Source of the DNA: Thermodesulfobacteriota bacterium
GTDB lineage: Bacteria; Desulfobacterota; Desulfobacteria; Desulfobacterales; SURF-7
DNA: 64,000 nt
Assembly (NCBI GenBank): GCA_049320885.1
Contig: JBMORA010000042.1
Location: 27,134-91,133, forward strand
Direction: 5' to 3'
The notes beneath the pieces are model-generated. The model worked only from the letters and a program-made list of their open reading frames with translations. It was not told the origin of the DNA and made no database searches. Within the stretch, counting starts at the first letter, position 1. Each line of letters opens with the position of its first letter. The translations under genes were made by a program, and so were the position numbers. Of the stretch, positions 21,601-28,829 are shown one piece after another.

Positions 21601-22147
21601 CATCCCCGCGACCCTCACCCTTGACATGGAAATACCGCTCTCCTACGCCGAGGAGACCCGGGACGGCTGGAACATGGTGGCCTGTCCGAATTTCGCGGCC
21701 TACGAATGGTCCCGGTTGGAAATCCTGGAGTCCGACGGCGCCGGCGGTGTGTTGTATGGTCCCGCCGCCATCGAAACCCTTGGGAGCGACAATGCCTACA
21801 TCGATATCCGTTTATGGAGTTGGGAAAATGGGGCTTACGCCAGCACCACAACCCAGTTGCGTCCTCACCAAGGATATTGGGTCAAGGCCAGAAAAGCCAA
21901 CCTTTATCTGAAATTCCCCGCATCCGCCCGGTTGAGCCCCACGGACGTATCCGCAGCTTCCATGGCGCCGGTCGGCAATACAAACCAGCCCTCCCGAAAG
22001 GCTGTTCAGGAAAACAATGACAATGAGGAGGACGATGATGATGACTCGCCTCCGCCCCCCATGGAATCGGGTTTTTACTTCAAAAGCGACGGCCTGGCGG
22101 CCGCCGGCTCCTGTTTCATAGGCGCCTTGAACGGAAATCGCGACTGA
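18677..22147 (+). CDS. Large secreted/surface protein with two right-handed beta-helix modules and a C-terminal GSCFI tail
   Basis: GAGGA RBS before ATG 18677; signal peptide ending ARA; two YYV...G....PWKT/AFRN heads, Asn-ladder repeats, DLRGKARP...DLGCFE and DLDGNPRP...YDLGAYE caps; ends AAAGSCFIGALNGNRD. Confidence 0.85.
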   Translation: MISISFRQIGAVIIPAIFCLAAVTGIPAARAADYYVNITSGTDSSGGGSAAAPWKTLHYAVPRLTSSDILHVASGFYTIANGETDGPIEITAGNVTIQADGPGVVIEGDGAAYWVEGLTVSGAANVRITGLNFLNFANAAASFQHLTGMCILSDCTLKGNATGIQVTNSSPVITRNRLFDNGYSIYIIADSPTGPASPEISNNLIASRAGGMQYGIKIEATVTDAVASPLIYHNTIDGASADGMYIYNGLGATAEAVTPDIRFNIVTNCSQFGINNIEGTPSQFDYNDVWNNSGGNYTGITAGTSDISDNPLYLPHGDQYYLQSTSPCINRIPIAGHPVSADLRGKARPQGSLIDLGCFEIVEPFILPGVYYVDVVNGRNEPSAGTAPGTGAFRNLHFALDRINYGDPGAFTLEVAPGIYGIAGGEEDAGLEVITGSLIIKGTPSLGAVVDGSGALQWTSGMTLKTSGIGISGLRFQHFSRAGITVDNCGPSIHHNDFLNNHTGILVDSYSAESAPSVINNLLRGDTASGMNNGIVLYAAGSSASAGGSIYFNTINGGAGSGIFIGNNGGSAAPEIKYNIISNFGKYGIQNTNGGPILSYNNLFNNLAADYLDVPPGEMDISASPAFISATDFHLQVGSACIDRIPADSVFPSDLLSVIGYDLDGNPRPMPSGGSYDLGAYEQAGSALTIGLAVYPEGAGSVVDNLSQIDCPGDCTGSYSSSDTIILQATANAGFRFDHWEIGAEFHTENPVSFTPHASQTGKAVFAALTNQPPIAPAGISPRDGASFDGATTQVALLSSVYADPENDGHANTHWLVRRQDRGVYYCDDYDVSFTRTASAEPELTSHEVSGLESGMQYVWKVGYQDTGSGQIAWSPEYVFTIGDPSVDREVNSPGGALPQDYRMVSFPVWPSHADCSTAFRDSFPDGLYDPRTIRLGIYDPLQSRYLECPDNLVVTPGKAYWLISREGLDMTLHGIPATLTLDMEIPLSYAEETRDGWNMVACPNFAAYEWSRLEILESDGAGGVLYGPAAIETLGSDNAYIDIRLWSWENGAYASTTTQLRPHQGYWVKARKANLYLKFPASARLSPTDVSAASMAPVGNTNQPSRKAVQENNDNEEDDDDDSPPPPMESGFYFKSDGLAAAGSCFIGALNGNRD

Positions 22148-22165
22148 CCGAAGAAGGGCTGTCCC

Positions 22166-22558
22166 TCATGCATTGGGGAGGTTTTTCTTGAGGCTTTCCG
22201 TATATTGTTTCAGGATAAACCGCACGGGGAATGACGGCTTGGAAATATAGCTGCACGTATTGGTCAGATAATCATCGATAAAATCTTCGATCAACTGGTT
22301 TTTTTTGGCTTCAAGAATGAAGTTGCGCTCCCGGACCACTTCGAACAATACGGATTCACCAAGGGCGGCGACCAGCTCTTCAAAACGGATATCGGTTCCA
22401 TCAACGGCCTTCATCCTTTCCACGGTGACCGCGATGCGAATCCGGAAAATGATCCTGACGAGCCATGCGTCGCCCGCGACTTTCCGGGAAGCATCATAGA
22501 TCTTCAGGGTCTCACCGTTTCCAAGCAGGATGGTCTTGATCTTTTTTTCCAACGCCAT
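22166..22558 (-). CDS. Hypothetical protein
   Basis: GAGG RBS; 130-aa ORF filling the gap between convergent genes. Confidence 0.7.
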   Translation of the reverse strand: MALEKKIKTILLGNGETLKIYDASRKVAGDAWLVRIIFRIRIAVTVERMKAVDGTDIRFEELVAALGESVLFEVVRERNFILEAKKNQLIEDFIDDYLTNTCSYISKPSFPVRFILKQYTESLKKNLPNA

Positions 22559-22655
22559 GGGGTTTCCTCAATGGTTTTTGCGGCCGAACTTTGGCTCCTT
22601 GTATCATAATCCGGCTTGGGATGCGACCCTCTTGTGACAGAAAGCCCGTCGGCGG

Positions 22656-23150
22656 TCAGGTCACTGCCGTTCCGAACTCATATCGGCGTTTTTCGTAGGC
22701 CAGTATGATCCGGGTCTCGATATTCAGAACCCCGTCGATCCTGCTGATCCGGTTGAAAATCAGATCGTTCAGCTCATCCCGGGTTGTTACCACGAATTCG
22801 GCGTTGATACTGGTTTCGCCGGTGGTCAGCACAATATACCAGAGGGCCTGAATTTTTTTCAGTTCCTGGATCACGGTCTGGATTTTTCTCAGTTCAGCCC
22901 GGATATACAGATCCCCGGTGATTTCAAAGCCGAGTTTCAAGGGATTGCTTACCGCCACGATTTGAATGAACTCTTCTTCCATGAGCCGTTTCAGGCGGGA
23001 CCTGACGGTGGCCTCGGACAGGCCCAGCTGCTTGGCGATGTCGGTGTTGGACAGCCGGCCATCCTTCTGCAGGAGGGTAATGATCCGGGCATCGATCCGA
23101 TCTATGGCCCTGCGTTTCGGGTTTTTCACTGGATCATCAGCAGGCGGCAT
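22656..23150 (-). CDS. Lrp/AsnC-family transcriptional regulator
   Basis: IDARIITLLQKDGRLSNTDIAKQLGLSEATVRSRLKRL HTH plus RAM domain; AAGGAG RBS before ATG 23150. Confidence 0.92.
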   Translation of the reverse strand: MPPADDPVKNPKRRAIDRIDARIITLLQKDGRLSNTDIAKQLGLSEATVRSRLKRLMEEEFIQIVAVSNPLKLGFEITGDLYIRAELRKIQTVIQELKKIQALWYIVLTTGETSINAEFVVTTRDELNDLIFNRISRIDGVLNIETRIILAYEKRRYEFGTAVT

Positions 23151-23464
23151 CGGCGCTCCTTTCAAGCCGTGTATGCCACAAAGCACTCCGGAAGTCAAAA
23201 AATTTTCTGTCGCAAAATTGAATGTTATCGATATTTTTATAGATATATTTCACGATTTACGAAATTTTTACGATATTTTTTATCAAATATCGCACATTCC
23301 GTCTTGACTTTTTTGTTCATTCCCATTTATAGGATCATCAGCCAAACCCGAAAAACGGCACCCACGGCGGGCCTGGCGGATGCCGTCGACATCACCGCCG
23401 CCCCGTGGGCAACATCTTGATTTCGCGGCCTGCAACAAACAGTTTGGCCCGAAAGGAGGAGTAC

Positions 23465-24250
23465 ATGGGACAGATCACCGTAACCGACTTGCTGCGCATG
23501 AAACAGAAGGGAGAAAAAATCATTTCATTGACGGCCTATGACTACCCTTTTGCAAAGCTGCTGGATGAATCCGGTGTCCATGTCATGCTGGTGGGCGACT
23601 CCCTGGGCATGGTCGTCCAGGGGGAGACCAGCACCCTGCCGGTGACCATGGACGAAATGATTTATCACACCAAAATGGTGGCCAGGGCCGCCCGGAACGC
23701 CATGGTCATCGGCGACATGCCGTTTTTATCCTATCAATGCAGCATGGAGCAGGCAGTTCTGAACGCCGGCCGTTTCCTCAAGGAAGCCGGAGCGGCCGCG
23801 GTGAAACTAGAAGGCGGCGCCGCTGTCAGCCCCATCATCCGGGCCATTACCAGGGCGTCCATCCCGGTCCAGGCCCATATCGGCCTGACTCCCCAATCCA
23901 TCCACCAGATGGGCGGCTACAAAGTCCAGCGGGATGAGGAAAGACTGCTGGCCGACGCCAGGGAGGTGGAGTCCGCGGGCGCCTTTTCCGTGGTCCTGGA
24001 AGGCATCCCCGCCGACATCGCGGCCAACATCACCTCCGCCCTCTCCATCCCTACCATCGGCATCGGCGCCGGTCCCCGATGCGACGGCCAGATTCTGGTG
24101 CTGCACGATATGCTGGGTTTGAATGACCGGAAAATTCCAAAATTCGTCAAACGCTATGCCCAGCTGGGACAGGAGATTAAAAAAGCGGTTGCCGAATACG
24201 CCGGCGAGGTCCGCGGCCTGACATTTCCGGATCAGGAGCATTGCTATTGA
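23465..24250 (+). CDS. panB: 3-methyl-2-oxobutanoate hydroxymethyltransferase
   Basis: [33 protein letters not shown] and IGIGAG motifs; AAGGAGG RBS. Confidence 0.97.
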   Translation: MGQITVTDLLRMKQKGEKIISLTAYDYPFAKLLDESGVHVMLVGDSLGMVVQGETSTLPVTMDEMIYHTKMVARAARNAMVIGDMPFLSYQCSMEQAVLNAGRFLKEAGAAAVKLEGGAAVSPIIRAITRASIPVQAHIGLTPQSIHQMGGYKVQRDEERLLADAREVESAGAFSVVLEGIPADIAANITSALSIPTIGIGAGPRCDGQILVLHDMLGLNDRKIPKFVKRYAQLGQEIKKAVAEYAGEVRGLTFPDQEHCY

Positions 24251-24278
24251 ACTGGAGCCGTCTCTTTTCAATTTCACC

Positions 24279-24307
24279 TTGACATGAATTCTCCATTCGC
24301 TTATGTA
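24279..24307 (+). promoter_or_regulatory. Putative sigma70 promoter for the riboswitch operon
   Basis: TTGACA (24279-24284), 17 nt, TATGTA, just upstream of the riboswitch. Confidence 0.5.
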
Positions 24308-24324
24308 AACGAAAAATTTGCTGT

Positions 24325-24497
24325 CGGCCTCAGGTGGCCCTGAAAACGGGCTGAAAAGGGAAACCGGTGAGAACCCGGTACGGTCCCGCCGCTGTGATCG
24401 GGGACGAAGATCGCGACATGCCACTGCTTCGCTTGAGCGGAACGGGAAGGCGCGATCCGCAGGATGATCCGAGAGTCAGAAGACCTGCCTGAAGCCG
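24325..24497 (+). promoter_or_regulatory. Cobalamin (B12) riboswitch
   Basis: Conserved blocks AGGTG...AAAAGGGAAACCGGTGAGAACCCGGTACGGTCCCGCCGCTGTGA...GCCACTG...GGGAAGG...GAGTCAGAAGACCTGCC (B12 box); flanks pair as P1. Confidence 0.95.
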
Positions 24498-24520
24498 GAA
24501 AAAAGACAAAGGGAAATGGT

Positions 24521-24557
24521 AAATCCCCAAGCGGTATTCGCTTGGGGATTTTTTTTT
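24521..24557 (+). terminator. Riboswitch expression-platform terminator
   Basis: AAATCCCCAAGCG-GTATT-CGCTTGGGGATTT stem with a long T run, directly before the RBS of the first gene. Confidence 0.9.
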
Positions 24558-24573
24558 GGGGGAGACGACCATT

Positions 24574-25614
24574 GTGAAAGCCGCGGTACTGATCAAGCCG
24601 GGAGAATTGACGGTTACGGACATGCCGGAACCGGATTGCCCCCGGGAAGGCGTGCTGGTTTGCGTGAAGGCCTGCGGAATCTGTTCCGCCGACGCCAGGA
24701 TGATCCGGAAGGGACACCGGGCCTTGACCTATCCCCGGATTCCGGGCCATGAAATCACCGGCACCGTCGCGGAATCCCGTCACCGTGATTTCATGGCCGG
24801 CGATGCGGTCCAGATCGCCCCCGGCCTCTCCTGCGGCGGCTGTCGTTCCTGCCGGGCAGGCGCCGATCATCGCTGTGACAACATTCAGATTCTCGGTTTC
24901 ACCCGCGACGGCGGTTTTGCCGAATATGTGGCCGTACCCCTGGCCGGCGCCCTTGCCGGAACAGTCACCCCCGTCCCCCGGGGACTGGGTACCGCCGTTG
25001 CCTGCCTTGCGGAACCCCTGGCCTGCTGCATCAACGCCCAGGATAAAATCCGGATCGGAGCCGGAGACACGGTCTGTATCCTCGGCGCCGGTCCCCTGGG
25101 GCTGATGCACGGCCTGCTGGCCCTCAGCCGGAGGGCGGAAACCGTCATACTCTGCGATCCCAGACCCGAACGGCTGCAACGAGCCCTTGCCGCCGGCATC
25201 CCGAACGTTCATGCCCCATCATCCACAGAAGACCTGCAGGAATTCCTTCCGGATACGAACCGGGGTCGCGGATTGGACGTCCTGATCGTGGCCGGCCCCG
25301 ACATTCCGCTGGAAGATCGTCTGCTGGAACTCATGGCCCCCGGCGGGCGGATCTCCGTTTTCAGCGGCTGCACTCCGCCGCTCGCCCTCCGCCCATGGGA
25401 TGCGAACCGCATTCATTATCGGGAACTCCTGATCTCCGGGGCCTATGGCTGCTCCGCGGAGCACAATCGCAAGGCCCTGAGATTCCTGGCGCACAGCCGC
25501 TTCGACTGGTCGACCCTGATCACCCATCGAAGCACCCTGACGAATATTCACGGCGCTCTCGATCATCTGATGATGGCGGACGCCTGCAAAGCCATTGTGG
25601 AGGTGAACCCATGA
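24574..25614 (+). CDS. Zn-dependent medium-chain dehydrogenase (iditol/threonine dehydrogenase-like)
   Basis: GTG start MKAAVL; CGICSAD, GHE, CGGCRSC...C structural Zn site, LAEPLAC, Rossmann GAGPLG. Confidence 0.9.
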   Translation: MKAAVLIKPGELTVTDMPEPDCPREGVLVCVKACGICSADARMIRKGHRALTYPRIPGHEITGTVAESRHRDFMAGDAVQIAPGLSCGGCRSCRAGADHRCDNIQILGFTRDGGFAEYVAVPLAGALAGTVTPVPRGLGTAVACLAEPLACCINAQDKIRIGAGDTVCILGAGPLGLMHGLLALSRRAETVILCDPRPERLQRALAAGIPNVHAPSSTEDLQEFLPDTNRGRGLDVLIVAGPDIPLEDRLLELMAPGGRISVFSGCTPPLALRPWDANRIHYRELLISGAYGCSAEHNRKALRFLAHSRFDWSTLITHRSTLTNIHGALDHLMMADACKAIVEVNP

Positions 25615-26732
25615 ATGACCGATTGAAACAGTTCGGTGATCTCATCAACCGCCTGATCGCCGGAAAATCCCTTTCCCGGGAGGAAGTCCGCCAGGCGGTT
25701 ATGCAAATCCTGAAGGACGCGACCACGGAAATCCACCAGGGCGCTTTTTTGGCCGCCGTCACGGCCAAGGGGCCGACGCCGGATGAAATCGCCGGTGCCT
25801 GGCAGGCCATCTACGAAGAGGATACCACCCGGGCCGATCCCCAAACCGAAACGCCCGTCCTGGACAACTGCGGCACGGGCATGGATGGGTTTAAGACCTT
25901 CAATATCAGCACCGCCGCGGCTGTCGTGGCCGCCGCCGGCGGGGTTCCCCTGGCCCGTCACGGCGCCAGGGCCATCACTTCCCGCTGCGGCACCGTCGAT
26001 CTGTGCGAGGCTGTGGGGGTGGACGTGGAATGTCCCGTTCCCGCCGTGACAGCCAGTATCGAAAGGGTGGGGATCGGCCTGTACAACGGCATGAGCCCCT
26101 TCGTCCACCCCCGGGCCTTGTTCCGCATTCTTTCCCGAATGTCCTTCGGCAGCATCCTGAACATCGCCGCCTCCTTGGCCAATCCCGCCCGGCCCCGTCT
26201 GGGCGTCAGGGGGGTTTATGCCGGCGACATGGCCATGCCGGTGGCCCAGGTCATGCGGGAAATCGGCTACCGAAAAGCCATCGTTCTGCACGGCTCGGCC
26301 GCCGAGGGTGTCGGCGGCATGGACGAACTGACGCCGGTGGGCGACAATCTGGCGGCCGAACTCATGCCCGACGGCCAAATCCGTTCCTATACCATCGCGC
26401 CCGCCGCCGTCGGCGTCCGGTTCAACGGTTCCATCCGGGATATCGCCGCCGGACCGGATCCGCAAACCGAAGCCCTACGATTGATCCGAGTGTTTGCCGG
26501 AAAGGATCACGGCGCACTCTTTGAAACCATCTGCTTGAATACGGCTCCGATTTTTTATCTGGCCGACAACACCGAAGACCTGAAATCCGGTTTTGAAAAG
26601 GCAAGGGAACTGATCCAGGGCGGCCAGGCCCTGAAACGCCTCCGGCAATGGGTCAAGGCCCAGAATACCGCTCCCGAAGCCGGTGCAAAGAGGTTCGACG
26701 ATCTGGCAAACCTGGTTGAAAATGAAACATGA
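25611..26732 (+). CDS. TrpD-like (anthranilate phosphoribosyltransferase fold) protein with divergent substrate motifs
   Basis: DNCGTGMDGFKTFNIST, RHGAR, CGTVD and GMDE; ATGA overlap with the upstream gene; not in a trp context. Confidence 0.85.
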   Translation: MNDRLKQFGDLINRLIAGKSLSREEVRQAVMQILKDATTEIHQGAFLAAVTAKGPTPDEIAGAWQAIYEEDTTRADPQTETPVLDNCGTGMDGFKTFNISTAAAVVAAAGGVPLARHGARAITSRCGTVDLCEAVGVDVECPVPAVTASIERVGIGLYNGMSPFVHPRALFRILSRMSFGSILNIAASLANPARPRLGVRGVYAGDMAMPVAQVMREIGYRKAIVLHGSAAEGVGGMDELTPVGDNLAAELMPDGQIRSYTIAPAAVGVRFNGSIRDIAAGPDPQTEALRLIRVFAGKDHGALFETICLNTAPIFYLADNTEDLKSGFEKARELIQGGQALKRLRQWVKAQNTAPEAGAKRFDDLANLVENET

Positions 26733-26786
26733 TTTAAGGGGGATTTACGGCTGCTGGAAACCGCCCGTTTCCCTGATGGAGGTTAA

Positions 26787-27872
26787 ATGGCAATGGAACA
26801 GATTACCCTGGACCGGATTATCTCCGGCATTCATCCCGTCGACAACGAATGGCTCCGGAAAGCCCGGCAGCGGACCGCCGAATTGCTCATGCCCCCCAGG
26901 GCGCTGGGCAGGCTTCACGACCTGTCCGAAAAACTCTGCGCCATTCAACGGACTCTCAAACCGTCCGTCGACCGGAAGGCCTTTTTGGTCATGGCCGGCG
27001 ATCATGGCGTGGCGGCTGAGGGTGTCAGCGCCTTTCCCCAGGAGGTGACCGGTGAAATGATCCGGTCCTTTCTACGGGGAGGAGCCGGCATCAATGTATT
27101 GGCCGCCCAGGTGAACGCCGATGTATTTGTGGTGGACATGGGCATTATCCCCCGGCTGATTCCCGCTGAAATAACGGGGGGGGACAGGCTGAGCGTCGTA
27201 AAAATCGCCCCGGGAACCCGCAATTTCACCCGGGGACCGGCCATGTCCCGGCCCGAAGCGGAAAAAGCGGTTCTGGCCGGCTTTCAACAGGCGGCCCGCC
27301 TTTTTGAAAGCGGTCTGGACATCATCGGCACCGGCGACATGGGCATCGCCAATACGACCCCCTCGGCGGCCATCGGCACGCTGCTCACGGGCACGGACCT
27401 CGATGACATGGTCGGTCGCGGCACCGGAGTGGATGACGCCGGACTGCAAAAGAAAAAGGACGCCATCCGCCGCGGCCTGGACATCAACCGGCCGGATCGG
27501 ACGGACGGCCTGGACGTGCTGGCGAAAATCGGTGGCTTTGAAATCGGCGGCATTGCCGGCGCCATTCTGGCCGCGGCGTATTGCAGGAAACCGGTGATGG
27601 TGGACGGGTTTATCTCCACCGCCGGCGCCTTGGTCGCCCAGGCCCTTTGTCCGCTAAGCGTTGAGTACATGTTTGCCGCCCATTGCTCCGAGGAGCGGGG
27701 GCATCGCGCCATGCTGCGCAGCCTGGGACTGACGCCGATTCTGGATCTCGGTCTGAGATTGGGCGAAGGAACCGGCGGCGCGCTCGCCATGGGCATCCTG
27801 GAGGGCGCCGTTCGGATTTTCCGGGATATGGCTACCTTTACGGAAGCGGGGGTATCCGGGACACCATCATGA
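26787..27872 (+). CDS. cobT: Nicotinate-nucleotide--dimethylbenzimidazole phosphoribosyltransferase
   Basis: ALGRL, MAGDHGV, GDMGIANTT, GRGTG, GGFEIGG, VDGFIS and LGLRLGEGTG; GGAGG RBS. Confidence 0.96.
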   Translation: MAMEQITLDRIISGIHPVDNEWLRKARQRTAELLMPPRALGRLHDLSEKLCAIQRTLKPSVDRKAFLVMAGDHGVAAEGVSAFPQEVTGEMIRSFLRGGAGINVLAAQVNADVFVVDMGIIPRLIPAEITGGDRLSVVKIAPGTRNFTRGPAMSRPEAEKAVLAGFQQAARLFESGLDIIGTGDMGIANTTPSAAIGTLLTGTDLDDMVGRGTGVDDAGLQKKKDAIRRGLDINRPDRTDGLDVLAKIGGFEIGGIAGAILAAAYCRKPVMVDGFISTAGALVAQALCPLSVEYMFAAHCSEERGHRAMLRSLGLTPILDLGLRLGEGTGGALAMGILEGAVRIFRDMATFTEAGVSGTPS

Positions 27873-27917
27873 CCCCCCTGTCGCTGATCATCACCCGCAA
27901 AACCCATTGCGATTGGT

Positions 27918-28616
27918 TCAGCGAAACCGATACCGGACACCAAAAACGCCGTTGATCGACTCCGGACCGATGCAGGCCGAATTGGTCAGATAGATCTGGC
28001 CGCCGTTGGAAAAATGTTCCCAGCTGCAATCCAGAAAGGCGGACCATTGTTTGGTGATGTCCGCTTCCAGGCCACCGCCGCCGGAAAAGTTGAAATTATG
28101 CAACGTGCCGTCCTCCAGGATGGTCTCGTTCAGCAGGGAAATGCCGAATCCCAGATGGAGCGTCGGGCGGATCCAATACTCCGGCAGAAAAATCCAGCGG
28201 CGGACGGCCATCAGGGAGACCAGATATTGGTCAAGCGTCGTATAATACGGCCCGCCGGTCCTTTTTTCCGGGGGCACCTGATCCTCGGTGATCTCGATGG
28301 TTCCCGATAACCGGGAATAACGCAGATCGACCCGCAGCGTTCTTTCGGTATCCACCGGCAACGGAAGCCACTGGCCGGTCTCCCATTCCATGAACACTCC
28401 AAAGGCCTTGTTTTCATATCCCTTGTAATCCGAGGCGCTCCAGATATGGTGATGCTTTCCGAAAGAACCGAAAGCCCCGGCCCATTTTTTTTTCAGATCC
28501 GTTTCCGCAGCCGCCGTATCCGAAGATACCGCCTGGTCCGCGAAAACCGCCTCCCCTGCCATGAGGCACAGGAGAAAGATGCCGAATGCCACCGGCAACC
28601 AGCGAAAACCTCTCAT
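27918..28616 (-). CDS. Outer-membrane beta-barrel, acyloxyacyl hydrolase/PagL-like
   Basis: Signal peptide MRGFRWLPVAFGIFLLCL...; C-terminal EHFSNG (HxSN) motif; terminal strand GVRYRFR. Confidence 0.75.
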   Translation of the reverse strand: MRGFRWLPVAFGIFLLCLMAGEAVFADQAVSSDTAAAETDLKKKWAGAFGSFGKHHHIWSASDYKGYENKAFGVFMEWETGQWLPLPVDTERTLRVDLRYSRLSGTIEITEDQVPPEKRTGGPYYTTLDQYLVSLMAVRRWIFLPEYWIRPTLHLGFGISLLNETILEDGTLHNFNFSGGGGLEADITKQWSAFLDCSWEHFSNGGQIYLTNSACIGPESINGVFGVRYRFR

Positions 28617-28829
28617 GGGTTCCGTCCTTCGATACGGCTTGCGGCCACCTTCGGGTATCCCGCCCATGGCCATCCGAAGCCGATCCGTCAAATCCATTCC
28701 ACCATCGGGTTGCCTGGATGCCGTCATCCGCAACCGAATCGAGTGGTGACCATATGGCATTCCGAAATCAAAAGTCAATACTCAATACGGGATATACCGG
28801 GATACGGTCGCGGTCGGCCCGAAACTTGA

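Noticed and set aside
25611..26732. Assigning the gene symbol trpD
   Set aside because: Substrate motifs diverge and the context is B12-regulated rather than trp.
27869..27955. 28-codon ORF (MTPLSLIITRKTHCDW...) overlapping the cobT stop as ATGA, possibly a cobC relic
   Set aside because: No RHG phosphatase motif, very short, and it overlaps the convergent PagL-like gene.
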